In this document: positions 27,468 through 38,471 of the stretch, one piece after another
How positions within the stretch are numbered: the stretch's first letter is position 1
Layout: every line of letters begins with the position of its first letter
NCBI GenBank assembly: GCA_964016885.1
Contig: OZ024742.1
Span: forward strand, 41,912,001 to 41,976,000
From: Eledone cirrhosa
Lineage: Eukaryota
Direction: 5' to 3'
DNA: 64,000 bases
The notes under the pieces: model-generated
Told to the model about the DNA's origin: nothing
The model's database searches: none
What the model saw: only the letters and a program-made list of their open reading frames with translations
Position numbers and translations under genes: made by a program

Positions 27468-28195
27468 TCATCATCATCATCATTATCATCGTTTAACGTC
27501 CATCTTCCACGCTAGCATGGGTTTAGACGGGAATTGTCCCACTTGAGGCAATATTGGTTGTCTCGCTCGTATAGGATTGTCTGGCAGGTTTTCTACGGTT
27601 GGATGCCCTTCCTAACACCAACCACGTTTACAGTGTGGACTGGGAGGTTTTTGCCGTGTTACCTACACAGCCACATTACAGCGTGGACTGTGTGTTTTTT
27701 TGTCGTCACACCTACACGACCTCATTTATTTAGGACTGGATGTTGTGGTACCAACATAACTTTACAGAGAAAGGGGTGGTGTGGGTGGGGGTAGGGGTAG
27801 TGAGATGGGGGTGTATTTTTGGTTAAGAGGTGCCTACTGACTGTAGGTTTCGCTTTGTACTTAGGTAAGGCGGGTCTTCTGTATTACTGCGTAGCGCCAA
27901 ACATCTCGGTTCAGCACATTGTCTTGGAGAGGTGTAAGTGTGTGAGGTCGGAATTTATCAGATCGTCCCAGGTTTTTTGGGGTCTATCTACTCCATAGCA
28001 TCCATCAATTTTGATCGCCCTGCACTTTTTTATACAGCTGTCGTCTTTCATGCGCATCACGTGACCATACCAACGTAGTCTTCTCTCGAGTAAACAGCAT
28101 CTGATCCCTCTTATTCCTAATTTTTCACTTAATTCATTTATGCTTTGCCGTTCACGTATATTACTATTACACATCCAACGGTATCTATCTACATA
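27468..28195 (-). mobile_element. 5'-truncated RTE LINE copy
   Basis: ORF 27911..28210 is nearly identical to 48747..49145; the same 3' UTR and (GAT)n tail are present. Confidence 0.92.
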
Positions 28196-29494
28196 ATACA
28201 CATACACCATCCCCTTTTCATGAAGACTTGTTACAGCATGAAATTTAAAAAAATATTGTCACTACCACTCCCATTACTCTCTCTCTCTCTTACTCTTTAT
28301 ACCCCTTATCTCTTTCTTACTCTTCCTACGTTTCTCTCACTCTTTCTTACTCTTACTACCTTTCTCTCACTCTCTTCTTATTCCCCCTCTCTCTCACATA
28401 TACTTACACAGATACTGTTACCATCTCCTTTCCATCTGACCAATGTTTTACATGAAAAACACGACAGCTCTAACATCATAGGTAGGATGAGCAATCCTTA
28501 GCTTGCGTTTTAGGAATACATGCTACTGATGTTTACACACATAGATATGTATTCATGAACTTAGGGCATACCTGTGAGCTTATAAAATGCTCAAAATCAT
28601 AACTAATATTTGTTACCATATTTTGTTCATTAACTTAATTTTGTTTTTTAAAGGTCAGATATGAAGGACATTTATAGTTATTTAATTATTTATTTGTTGA
28701 TCAATTTTAGGAAGATCTACTATTTTAGTTAGAAAATGAAACAGAAAATAGAAAAATAATTTCTGCTTCTTTTTTGAAATTTGTATGTTAGTAACGTTGA
28801 CGCAGTGTGACTGTTGCCAGTGGCTGTTGGCAAACATCCAATGAAAATTCAATGCCAATTCAGAGCTAGGGAAAAAATTTCCAGCAGTAACCAACTAACT
28901 GGAGAATTATGCTATATTTTGTCGTTTATTTAGTCAGTTTATAAATAGACAGCCACACCCAATTATGTAAGCTTTTACTCTGCCTTGCAAGACAAGCAGA
29001 TGATGTTTCTCCATTGCACCACACCACAAAACAAAGGACAATTCTGTAACAGTTTGAAAATAAACACATACACACACAAAAATAAAATTAGAATGTAAGG
29101 TACTAGAATTCAAATATAGATAGTGGAATCATCATCATGTTCACTTCTCCATGCTAGAATGGGTTGAATAAGAATTTTTTTTGAGGCAGTTTTTCTACAA
29201 TCAGATGTCCTTCCTAAAACCAATCCATACTTCATTTCTAAGAATGGTATATACTGCTCATTTTTGTTGACCAGTTAGTTGAGAGATGTAAACAAATGTC
29301 ACCACTTACTTTAAATGTTGAAATGAAGAGACACGCGCACACACACACACACTACACACGATGGTCTTCCTCACAGTTTATCTACCAAATTCTCTCACAA
29401 GGCATTGTTCAGCCTGAGACTATAATAGAAGCAATTTGCATATTACATATTTTTTAGTCAGAGGAGTCCTAACAGTAACCATAAGTTTCTATGG

Positions 29495-29679
29495 CAGTGA
29501 TTTCCAAAGTGGGTTCCATGGAACCCAAGGGTTCTACAAAAGAGTGTCTGGGGTTTCGTGAAAAAAGGTAGAGGAGTATATTTATATTACGACCATATAA
29601 CAGTATTGGGGTTTGGTGTTCCCCCAAAAGTTTCTGAACCAAAAAGGGTTCAATATTTGAAAGCATTTAGGAAACCCTG
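29495..29679. mobile_element. hAT-type MITE (same family as 16703, reversed)
   Basis: Ends CAGTGATTTCCAAA / TTTAGGAAACCCTG; 8-bp TSD TTCTATGG / TTCTAAGG. Confidence 0.8.
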
Positions 29680-30986
29680 TTCTAAGGCCAACCTAGACTG
29701 CTGATGTCTATATGATTGATGAATAATTTGAGCTTCCACAGGTTGATACTGCTAAGTAGACAAAAATAAATGTATGCAGATAAGACTTTGTGGGGGCTAG
29801 AGATATAGGAAGAGATGATTGAGAAAATGAGTTTAGTTGAAGGGTTTAGGGAGGTATGACAAAGTTTGGATGAGAATTATATTGGGTAGGTTTGAGTGGA
29901 GATAATCAGCTTGCCAAGTCAGCAAAACAAAAGCCATTGTAGTAGTGTAGTGATGGAAGAGACACATAGACTCAGCTGTTGTTTGTAATTCAGTGGTAAT
30001 AGTGTGTTAGTGAGTCTGTCGGCTGAAGAGACGTTTTGTTTCATTTATTTTTGTCTAGGATTTGTGTGCACTGCAGCAGCAACCTCATTCCAGATATCTA
30101 AGCAGTATTATAATGTAGATTGCACTAGAGGTTCCATTACTGAACAGAGTAGGTGGTGAAGTGGTAGTCATTGAAACATTGGATAGAATGCTCTAGAGTA
30201 TTCATTCCAGCTCTATGCAATCAGAGTTCAAGTTTTTTCTTGTGTGTTACACAAATTTCAGCATAAAATCCTCTCAAGATATTTTAGATTTTGTGTCATT
30301 TTAATTCTTAAATTTAAATGAAATAGAGAATTCTCAATCTATTTTCTGATAAAATGTAGCCATGCAAGACATAAAAAATAGTGGTGGCAATATTTTCTTG
30401 CATAATATCAGCTTGTAATAAATATTTTCTGAAGATTAATTTTAAGAATATCAAACATGTCAATCTGTGCAATCTTTTATGATGGTGCCAAACCATCTAA
30501 AACAGCAGAAATTTCATATAACATTTGACTGAAAAATTCTTAATGGTAGTTTATCATTCATTTTTGCTTTTATTTTTTCATTTTTAACCCTTTTGTTATC
30601 ATTTCTAATGAAAGACACTACCCATAATTTTAAAATAATTTTGAAAATAATCAAGAAATTGAAGGGATCTAATAATGATTTCTACTATAGACACAAGGCT
30701 AGCAATTTGTAGGGAGAGGAAAGTATTAAATCTACCGCAGTGCATTAGTGATGCTTTATTTTATCGATCCCGTAAGGATGAAAGTAGTGATGAGCAAACC
30801 ACTAAGGACTCAAGATTTTTATGTCACTTCTTTTTGGCGAAAGAAGGGAGAGAAGCTGACAGTGAATGTATGTATAGTATATTTGGCAATATACCGTATG
30901 TTTAATTTAAAACATTTTGAAGACCATACACTATTGGTTTTAAAGGAGTGACTGTGTTACTTCTTTTCAGCGAAAGAAGGGAGAGA

Positions 30987-31027
30987 AGCTAACAGCCCGT
31001 TTCACACTCTTGGCGATCATCAGAGCC
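30987..31027 (-). ncRNA. Minimal hammerhead ribozyme-like motif
   Basis: Minus strand reads GGCT-CTGATGA-T-CGC-CAAGA-GTG-T-GAAA-CGG-G-CTG-TT-AGCT. Confidence 0.5.
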
Positions 31028-31137
31028 ATGCACTCCCTGCTTTTGCTGAAAATTATAGAAGCTGAATTCTTATAGAATTCCAGTAATAACCAGGAGCTGA
31101 TTATACAGAGCGATTGCCAGTCCAGCAGGGAGTGCGT

Positions 31138-31178
31138 GGCTCTGATGATTGCCAGCAGTGTGAAACAGACTGTTAGCT
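31138..31178 (+). ncRNA. Minimal hammerhead ribozyme-like motif
   Basis: GGCT-CTGATGA-T-TGC-CAGCA-GTG-T-GAAA-CAG-A-CTG-TT-AGCT, with a near-palindromic stem III. Confidence 0.5.
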
Positions 31179-31344
31179 TCTCTCCCTTCTTTCACTGAAA
31201 AGAAATGACATTTTAAGTCACTACTTTAAAACCGATAGCGTATGGTCTTCAAAATGTTTTTATTTAAACATATGGTATATTGCCAAATATACTATACATA
31301 CATTTATGTATACATCGCTATTTCAGAGCACCAATCCTAATACC

Positions 31345-31500
31345 ATAAAACGTGGTTGGTGTTAGGAAGGGCATCCAGCTGTAGAAAACCCGCCAGACAG
31401 TCCTATACGAGCAAGACAACCAATCTTGCCTCAAGTGGGAAAACTCCCGTCCAAACCCATGCAAGCGTGGAAGATGGACGTTAAACAATGATGATGATAT
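31345..31500 (+). mobile_element. RTE 3' tail fragment
   Basis: Matches 49380-49530. Confidence 0.85.
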
Positions 31501-31514
31501 ATATATATATGCAC

Positions 31515-31850
31515 ACACTTCGGTTCACGAACACCTCTCATCACAAACATCATTTTATGAACAATTTTTCAAAAGATAAAACGTCTCTGGTAATGAACGG
31601 TGTCTCAAGTAACGAACACGCAAGCCAGCAACAACAGTTGGTGACAAGCTGGGAGTATTGGAAGGAAAGCATCACTTTCTATGTAGTTAGTTACCATGGT
31701 GAAATCTATCTGTCTTTTACACACAGTCTCTACCTCTCACTGTATTTCTCTTTCAACATTTTGTATGGGAAAAATAGTTTCAGTTTGCGAACATTTCGGG
31801 TGATGAATGGCCTTCAGGAACGAATTAAGTTTGTAAACTGAGGTTCCAAT
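31515..31850. mobile_element. Tc1/pogo (Tigger)-like MITE
   Basis: Degenerate TIRs CTTCGGTTCACGAAC / GTTTGTAAACTGAGG, next to TA runs. Confidence 0.6.
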
Positions 31851-32124
31851 ATATATTTATATAATATAACTTTGATAACTTTTGGCCAGTATTGGCCCAG
31901 GCCATGTCTAACTTAATAGCACCACCTGACATATATATAGTGTGTATGCATGCATCTCCATATTGACATTGTTTTAAAAAAAAGCAGTGATGCAGTGTAG
32001 CAGTTCAATGCATGCCATACTTTTATCCATAAAAAGGATAATGGTTGTGTCAGTGTCAGAAAGAGCATCCAGCCATAGAAAACTGCCTCCAAAACAACTG
32101 CCTGGTAAAAAGTAGATATAAAAC

Positions 32125-32270
32125 AATTGTTTCTACTTTTGGCACAAGGCCAGCAATTATCCAGTGTATTACTGGTACTTTATTTTATCGACCGCCGTAA
32201 GGATGAAAGGCAAAGTTAACCTCGGCGGAATTTGAACTCAGAATGGCAAGGGCCGTAACTCTAAACTCTA
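32125..32270 (-). mobile_element. Family A SINE
   Basis: Reverse complement of the family A core. Confidence 0.85.
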
Positions 32271-32331
32271 TACGAAATATGGTGTTTCTAAGACTAGAAA
32301 ATATTCAAAAGAAGGAATAGTGTTAGCACAA

Positions 32332-32653
32332 TCTCTATATATAAATTTGAGCTTCCGTCTATCACACAACGTGTGTGTTTTTGTCTGAATGTATGTGTGT
32401 AAAAGGAAGAGGATGGTGAAAAAACTATAGAAAAACAGCAGCTGGCATTCCATTTGCTACGCTGTATGTGTGTTTGTGTATATGTGTGTGTTTGTTTGTC
32501 TGATTGTATGTGTGTGTGTTTGTTTGTATAAATGTATGTGTCTGTAAGTGTAAATGTTTGTAAGTGTATCTGTGTTTGCACATTTATATTTATATACTCA
32601 TGCATATCCACATAAGCATACACATACACATCAGCATGTTGAAAAAATTCTAG
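32332..32653 (+). mobile_element. Non-autonomous Helitron-like element
   Basis: 5' A|TCTCTATATATAAA, short 3' hairpin TCAGCATGTTGA then CTAG|T; second copy at 22275-22615. Confidence 0.6.
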
Positions 32654-32767
32654 TTACAGTAAATTTCTGACAGGATGTGTAACAAGAACATTTATGTTAT
32701 GACTCTTAGAACTGGATTAAAAGAATTGACTTTGAATAATGGTCTGTTTTCATTTTCTGCATTCCAG

Positions 32768-32903
32768 TGTGTTACATATCCATGGTATCTTGTTCATGCA
32801 CAGAAGAGACCGTGAAAAGTGCCAATGAAAGTTGTTCAAGTGAATTCCAAACTATGTATGAAAAGGAAAAGGAAGGCCCTAAGGGTTATCCCATAGTTTG
32901 TGC
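32768..32903 (+). CDS. Internal exon (phase 1-2) of a small Cys-rich GPI-anchored neuritin/RGM-N-like protein
   Basis: Acceptor TTTTCATTTTCTGCATTCCAG, donor GTAAGT; 136 nt open frame xCYISMVSCSCTEETVKSANESCSSEFQTMYEKEKEGPKGYPIVC(A). Confidence 0.85.
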
Positions 32904-33057
32904 GTAAGTATGAATGTTTTGAATGTTTAATAACGCCTGTAAGCTTGCAGCTAGTATGTTTTTCCATGTATATGACACATTTTTTTTTACCCTAAAAAGT
33001 TTGATATAAAAAACTGCCACTATCCTATACACTGAAGGTATGAATATAAATAATAAT

Positions 33058-33245
33058 AATTGTTTCTACTTTTGGCACAAGGCCAGCAATTACCCCAGTG
33101 CATTACTGGTGCTTTATTTTATCAAGCCCGTAAGGATGAAAGGCAAAATCAACCTCCACGGGATTTGAACTCAGAACGTAAAAGGCCATAACTATGCTGC
33201 AAAGCATGGCATCTATCGCTCTACCAATACTGCTAATCCGCCACA
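33058..33245 (-). mobile_element. Family A SINE
   Basis: Full-length reverse copy with (TAA)n tail. Confidence 0.85.
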
Positions 33246-34001
33246 CAAGTAAATTATAATGCCATTTATTTTTATTTTTCATATATTTTGTTTTATTTAT
33301 CTGTAAAATGGTTGTTGATAGGAAAAGCCTCCAGCCACAGAAAACTTGCCAAATAAAGGGTCAGAAAGACCCTTCAGCTCTGTCAGACATGACAACCTCC
33401 CTAGTGTTGATGCCTTGATAAAATGCATCCATTGCACTTGAAGTGTGGGAACATATATGTTTGAGGTGCAGGATCACTGGCCTATCTGAGAAGGTGTCAC
33501 AATAAAATGCACCCAGTATGCTTGGAAGTGTGCGGGAACATGTGTGTTAGTGGGCTGCAGCCCCCACTGGCCCATCAGAGAAGTCAGTAATGCCAATTAA
33601 CCCTATAGCATTTGCATTACTCTATATTTACAGGAGGACCTTTTATTTGTGTCAAAGACATAACAATCTCACTAGTGCTAGTGTTATGATAAAATGGACT
33701 TAGTAGAGTGTGGGATTATATGTAAGCAAGTTGCAGGACTCCCCAGCCAGACTCAGAGATCAATAGCCCTGCTTGAGTTCTGACTCAGTCTGTGAAGACC
33801 CATCTAACTCTTGCTAGCAGAGAAAATGGATGTTAAATGATGACAATGATGATTATGAACCTTTGATAAGTTATTCTGCTAAACACCTAATAAATAATGA
33901 GAAACTTAGTGATATTACTAAACCATTTCAAATTCTGAATTATTTTCAAAATTATTTGAATATTATTGGCTGTGTCTTTCAGTAGAAATATAATGAAATG
34001 A

Positions 34002-34227
34002 TTAACCCTTTAACATTTACATTATTCTATATTTACTATTATATTTTCATGGTTATCTCACATAATATCAAATTATCTCACATAATATCGAATCTATGAG
34101 ATTTTGATATTTATTTTGAGAATGATACCTTCACATCAGTATGAGTAGTCAGTAACAGCCAGTTTGAACAGAAAGTGCTGAGAAAACTTTTGGCTGGATA
34201 AGGCCGGTTTAAATGCTGAAGAGTTAA
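34002..34227. mobile_element. Family 2 TTAA MITE, reverse orientation
   Basis: TTAACCCTTTAACATTTA...TAAATGCTGAAGAGTTAA. Confidence 0.8.
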
Positions 34228-34339
34228 GTAATGACTTGGTCTGTGACAATCCATCCAACTCTTGCTAGCAGGGAAATAATCTATTTTTCTATATTTGAAT
34301 GGGTTAACTATCATTAAATATTGAGGATTTTATAATGGA

Positions 34340-34500
34340 CAGTGGATTGGCAGTATTGTTAAAGCATGCTTTATAGCATAGTTATGGCACTTTACGTTCT
34401 GAGTTCAAATCCCTCCAAGGTTAGCTTTGCCTTTTATTCTTACAGGGTCGATAAAATAAAGCACCAGTAATGCACTGGGGTCAATTTAATCGACTTCATT
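34340..34500 (+). mobile_element. Family A SINE
   Basis: GAGTTCAAATCC B-box plus family A core. Confidence 0.8.
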
Positions 34501-34846
34501 AAATGTTGATGATTTTATAATGGTTCAACTATTTAACTTAGTAAAAATATAACTCAGTTGGAAATATTTATTTTATTTACTTCATTTATCAGTATTACAT
34601 TATTATTTTTATTGATAACATATTTATTGCAAATACAATAAGGTGTCACGACAAAAAGCACCCAGCCCACACTGTAAAGATGTCATGTTGGTGACACAAT
34701 AAAAGCAATGTATGTATGGAAGCCTGTGTGTGTGTGTGTACGTATGCAAGCCTGTGTATATGTATCCAAACGTGTGTGTGAGTATGCAAGCATGTATATA
34801 GTTACTTCTCTGTTCGTCTAACAATAAAATATTATTATATTTGCAG

Positions 34847-34983
34847 ATATTTCAATGACTACCTTAAATGCATGGACCTCCTTATAATTAAATGTGACAG
34901 AAAGGTTCTTTTTGCCTACAAAAGCTTTCAAGAACTTTACACACGTCCTCCTTACAGATGTCGAATAACTCCTACATACAGTG
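34847..34983 (+). CDS. Internal exon (phase 2-1) of the same neuritin-like gene
   Basis: Acceptor ATTTGCAG, donor GTAAGT; 137 nt open frame YFNDYLKCMDLLIIKCDRKVLFAYKSFQELYTRPPYRCRITPTYS(G); phase matches both neighbours. Confidence 0.85.
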
Positions 34984-35779
34984 GTAAGTTAAAATTGACA
35001 GAATATAACTTGCCAAATATTTTTGATTTAACCTGTTGATTGCTGTGTATATTTTACACAGCTACAGTTGCTGTGCTGGGGTTTTGTTTTGTTTTCAATA
35101 AAATGACTCATCATCATCATCATCACCGTTTTACGTCCATTCTTCCACGCTACCATATATTATCAACAAATATCTGAATGCTTGACAAATGTCACATCCA
35201 TAAACTATTAGGGCAATCTAACTTTGAAGTTATGAACTACGGAAACGAGTTCATAACTTTGAAGTTATGAACTGTTGGAAAAGAGCTCAAACATGTCAGG
35301 ACGAGTGATCTCGTCTATAGCACTAGAATAAATACATGTTAGGATGATTATCTTGTCTATAGCACTGAAGAGGTTAAAACACTCGAGTTTCATTTTACTC
35401 ATTTTTCTTTTCTTTTTTTTTTTTTCATTTTTCTATTCTGTATACATCTACTTTTGTGTGTATCCACTTTAGAACAAGTACACTGTCTCCCTGTATATCG
35501 TAAGTGGTGACTAAAAGGGTTGGCACCAGGAAGGGCATCTGACTGTAAAATATTGCTTCAAAAAGGACCCCATGATTAATATAATACCTGCCATGGGAAC
35601 TGCAAAGCTAACCCATGCTTTAACAGGGGAAATGGCCTTAAAACACTTATTTGTTTCAATGCTCTTGTATTTTAGGTGTTGTGCAAGAAGTGTGTTAGAG
35701 TGAACTCCATTAAATATATGATATGAGTACATTGAACAGGTATTAGTGAAGCGATTATAAGATAATGTGGCAGCTACAT

Positions 35780-35900
35780 TTAACCCTTTAGCATTAAAAT
35801 CGACCATATCTGGCCAGAATTTGCTCACCTCTTTCTGTAACTGGCCGCTCATACTGATGTTAACGCATTGTTCTCAAAATAAATAATATAAAAATCTCAT
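35780..35900. mobile_element. Truncated family 2 TTAA MITE, forward orientation
   Basis: TTAACCCTTTAGCATTAAA start; the other end is missing. Confidence 0.7.
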
Positions 35901-35909
35901 GTAGTGTGT

Positions 35910-36530
35910 GCAGACAGTGGGGTAACTACTGACAGAGAGGATGTTGAGCTGGATGTTGGGAATGGTGTAAAAATAGGTGTGAAAACACATGGTTACCCTG
36001 GAGAGATGTTGAATGGAGAAGTGGATCAGACTTTGTGACAGTATCTAGAGTGAGATGTGAATGGAAAAAGTTCTGGGAACTAAATGGTGTGCTAATGAGA
36101 AGGAAAGTGTCACAGAGACTGGGGGGAAGGTATATACTGCATGTGTCATAAGTGTTGTGGTTTATGGGAGTGAGACATAGATGATGAACACGAAGCAGCA
36201 AAGAAGGCTGGAAAGAATGAGAATTATATGGTGGATGAGTGGAGTATCACTGAGAAAAAAACAGACAATGATTTGCAGAGAATGATGGGAATAGAATCAG
36301 TGATGAATGTTGTGAAAAGAAGTTGGAATGAAATGGTTGAAGAATGATGAAAGTGACTGGTTGAAGAGAGTGATGAAAATGAGTGTGTAAGGAAGTAGAC
36401 ATGGCTGAGGATAATGGAGGAAGAAATTGAAGTTGGTTAGAGGAGGTACTGACAATATGACATAATGGAGAAATTTGTCAAGGGGCCACAAGGCAAACAC
36501 TTGCTTTATCAAGAAAATGGCCTTAAAATG
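35910..36530 (+). mobile_element. Degraded RTE LINE C-terminal remnant
   Basis: Disrupted frames resemble the K.Y.ACV...YGSET segment of the element at 48700-48780. Confidence 0.6.
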
Positions 36531-38394
36531 TTATTGTTGTATCATCATCATCATTTTACGTCCATTTTTCCATGCTTGCATGGGTCAGATAGGTCATCCA
36601 TGCCGAGAGACAAGTCAGGCCAGGATTGGCCATGATGTACCTGGCTCTGAGGGGCTGTAAACTTGGCCATGGTTTTTACAGCTGAATGTATATATGTTCA
36701 AATTATTATCCAAAGAGCAGTTTCAGTTCAGAATTCTTAAACTCTGTTTTTATTCTACTTCATCTTTGCAACTCTATATGAAAAAAACAACAACAAAAAA
36801 ATATATTACACAAAATTGTACTTGACTTTATTTGTCTATAACTAGCCGACACATTTCAACCTTTCGCCCACAGATGTGCCATCTCTTCACTCTGTCTTTT
36901 TTAGCTTTACTGCACTGACATCTGCTTCTTGTAGCTGACTGGTCACATGTGATTCACATACCACCTCCACTCACACTCCCCCAGCTCACTCATTTCTTCT
37001 CTCATCATCTATAATGATCTCCCCAAACTATGTCCAGTCCAGCTTCCTCAGAGTGTCAGTCCTCTACCATTCCTTCCCTATCCATATTTTTCTGCTAAAG
37101 CAAGAATTAATCTTCTAGGTCTCATTATAGTCATAATCATATTCCTCATGGTTCACTTTTTTTTGTGATATTTTTTTTCACAAGCAGATGGATGCTCTTC
37201 TTGTCACCAACATTTTTACTTGTCCCTCACAACATACAGGGATACAGTGTACCTATTCTAAAACCAGTATACACGCAGTATAATGCATACACAAGTTGGC
37301 AGAGTTTTTAGAATGTTGGATAGAATGCTTTACAGTATTTGTTTTGGCTCTCTGTGCTCTGAGTTCAAATCCTTTTGAGGTCAATAAATAAAGTATACTT
37401 CCTCTTTCTGGAAGAAATCAGTTGAGTTCAGACCTGGAGGGGATTGGGCTCTGTCAGATTTAAATGCCCCACCTTGGTCTTGCTTCCCTCCACATCCTTG
37501 CTATTTAAATATGATGCTGCCCACACAATGAGAAATATCTTGGCCCTATCTATACCCAGCAATGTTATGGGAATATCTCCTCCCTGAGCTGCCAGTCACT
37601 CTATCTCTTGAAAACTTCCTAGATGGCCCAGCACTGCTCTTACTCTCTCTCCTTCCTTCCCCGAGTGATGGCCCCTCTCAGGCCACCTCCTCAAGATTAA
37701 TATCAACAAACAAAAAGGAAAAAATAACTCATATTAAATATACCATGCAGAACAGAACATACAATAAAGTAGCATCAGAAACAACAAGCTAAACCCCATG
37801 ACAAACCAAGATGAATGTAGTACACTACATTAACAGGAGGGGTCTATACCATTCCGCACAAACATGCACACAAATTAGAACACACAATAATACATACATT
37901 TCAAGAACACAAAGGTGCATTTGGTGATATAGTAGAAACAGTGTGAAACTGTCAAAGGAATAATACAAATTCACGTATTTCATATACAAAGCTGTTAGAG
38001 TTATTGCCCTTATTTTATCTTCTGGCCGAGCCAGCCAATATTCCATATGCAAATGTGGTTGATCAGCCCATGTACATAGGTTTCTAAACTATGTTTTAGC
38101 TTATATTAAGTTCCAGCAGCAAGCAGGTCAAGGAGCGCTAGCTTGATAATGACCAGAGTCAGAAATGATGACGTCATCATCGCTAGTTACCCATCCTTAG
38201 CTTCTGTTGGAACACACTAGATGGCGCTATGCCATCAGTTTTCAAATTCATAGCTGAAGGCTTTCAAAATGCTTATTTATAAACATACCATATATCGTCA
38301 GATATACAAATTCAGGTATTTCATATACAAAGCTATGTTAATGCCATTAATAATAATAATAATATTTTTTTTTTTTTTTATTTTTTATTTACAG

Positions 38395-38471
38395 GTAGTC
38401 AACAAATGACAGTGTCCGGATTGGTGCTTCTTTTTGGACTCACCAACTTTTTACTACTACAAATTGCTTGA
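38395..38471 (+). CDS. Terminal coding exon encoding a GPI-anchor signal
   Basis: Long poly-T tract plus ACAG acceptor; phase 1 gives (G)SQQMTVSGLVLLFGLTNFLLLQIA*, a small-residue omega region S-G-S, spacer and hydrophobic tail with no cytoplasmic part. Confidence 0.85.

Larger units (their letters stand above)
30815..31304. mobile_element. Long inverted repeat, probably Penelope-like pseudo-LTRs
   Basis: Arms 30865-31041 and 31124-31304 are reverse complements; a partial third copy lies at 30815-30863; each arm has CTGATGA...GAAAC. Confidence 0.7.

Noticed and set aside
28654-28730. Possible first coding exon MKDIYSYLIIYLLINFRKIYYF after a good acceptor
   Set aside because: Only a weak phase-1 donor (A|GTTAGA), and the spliced N-terminus has charged residues breaking the signal peptide.
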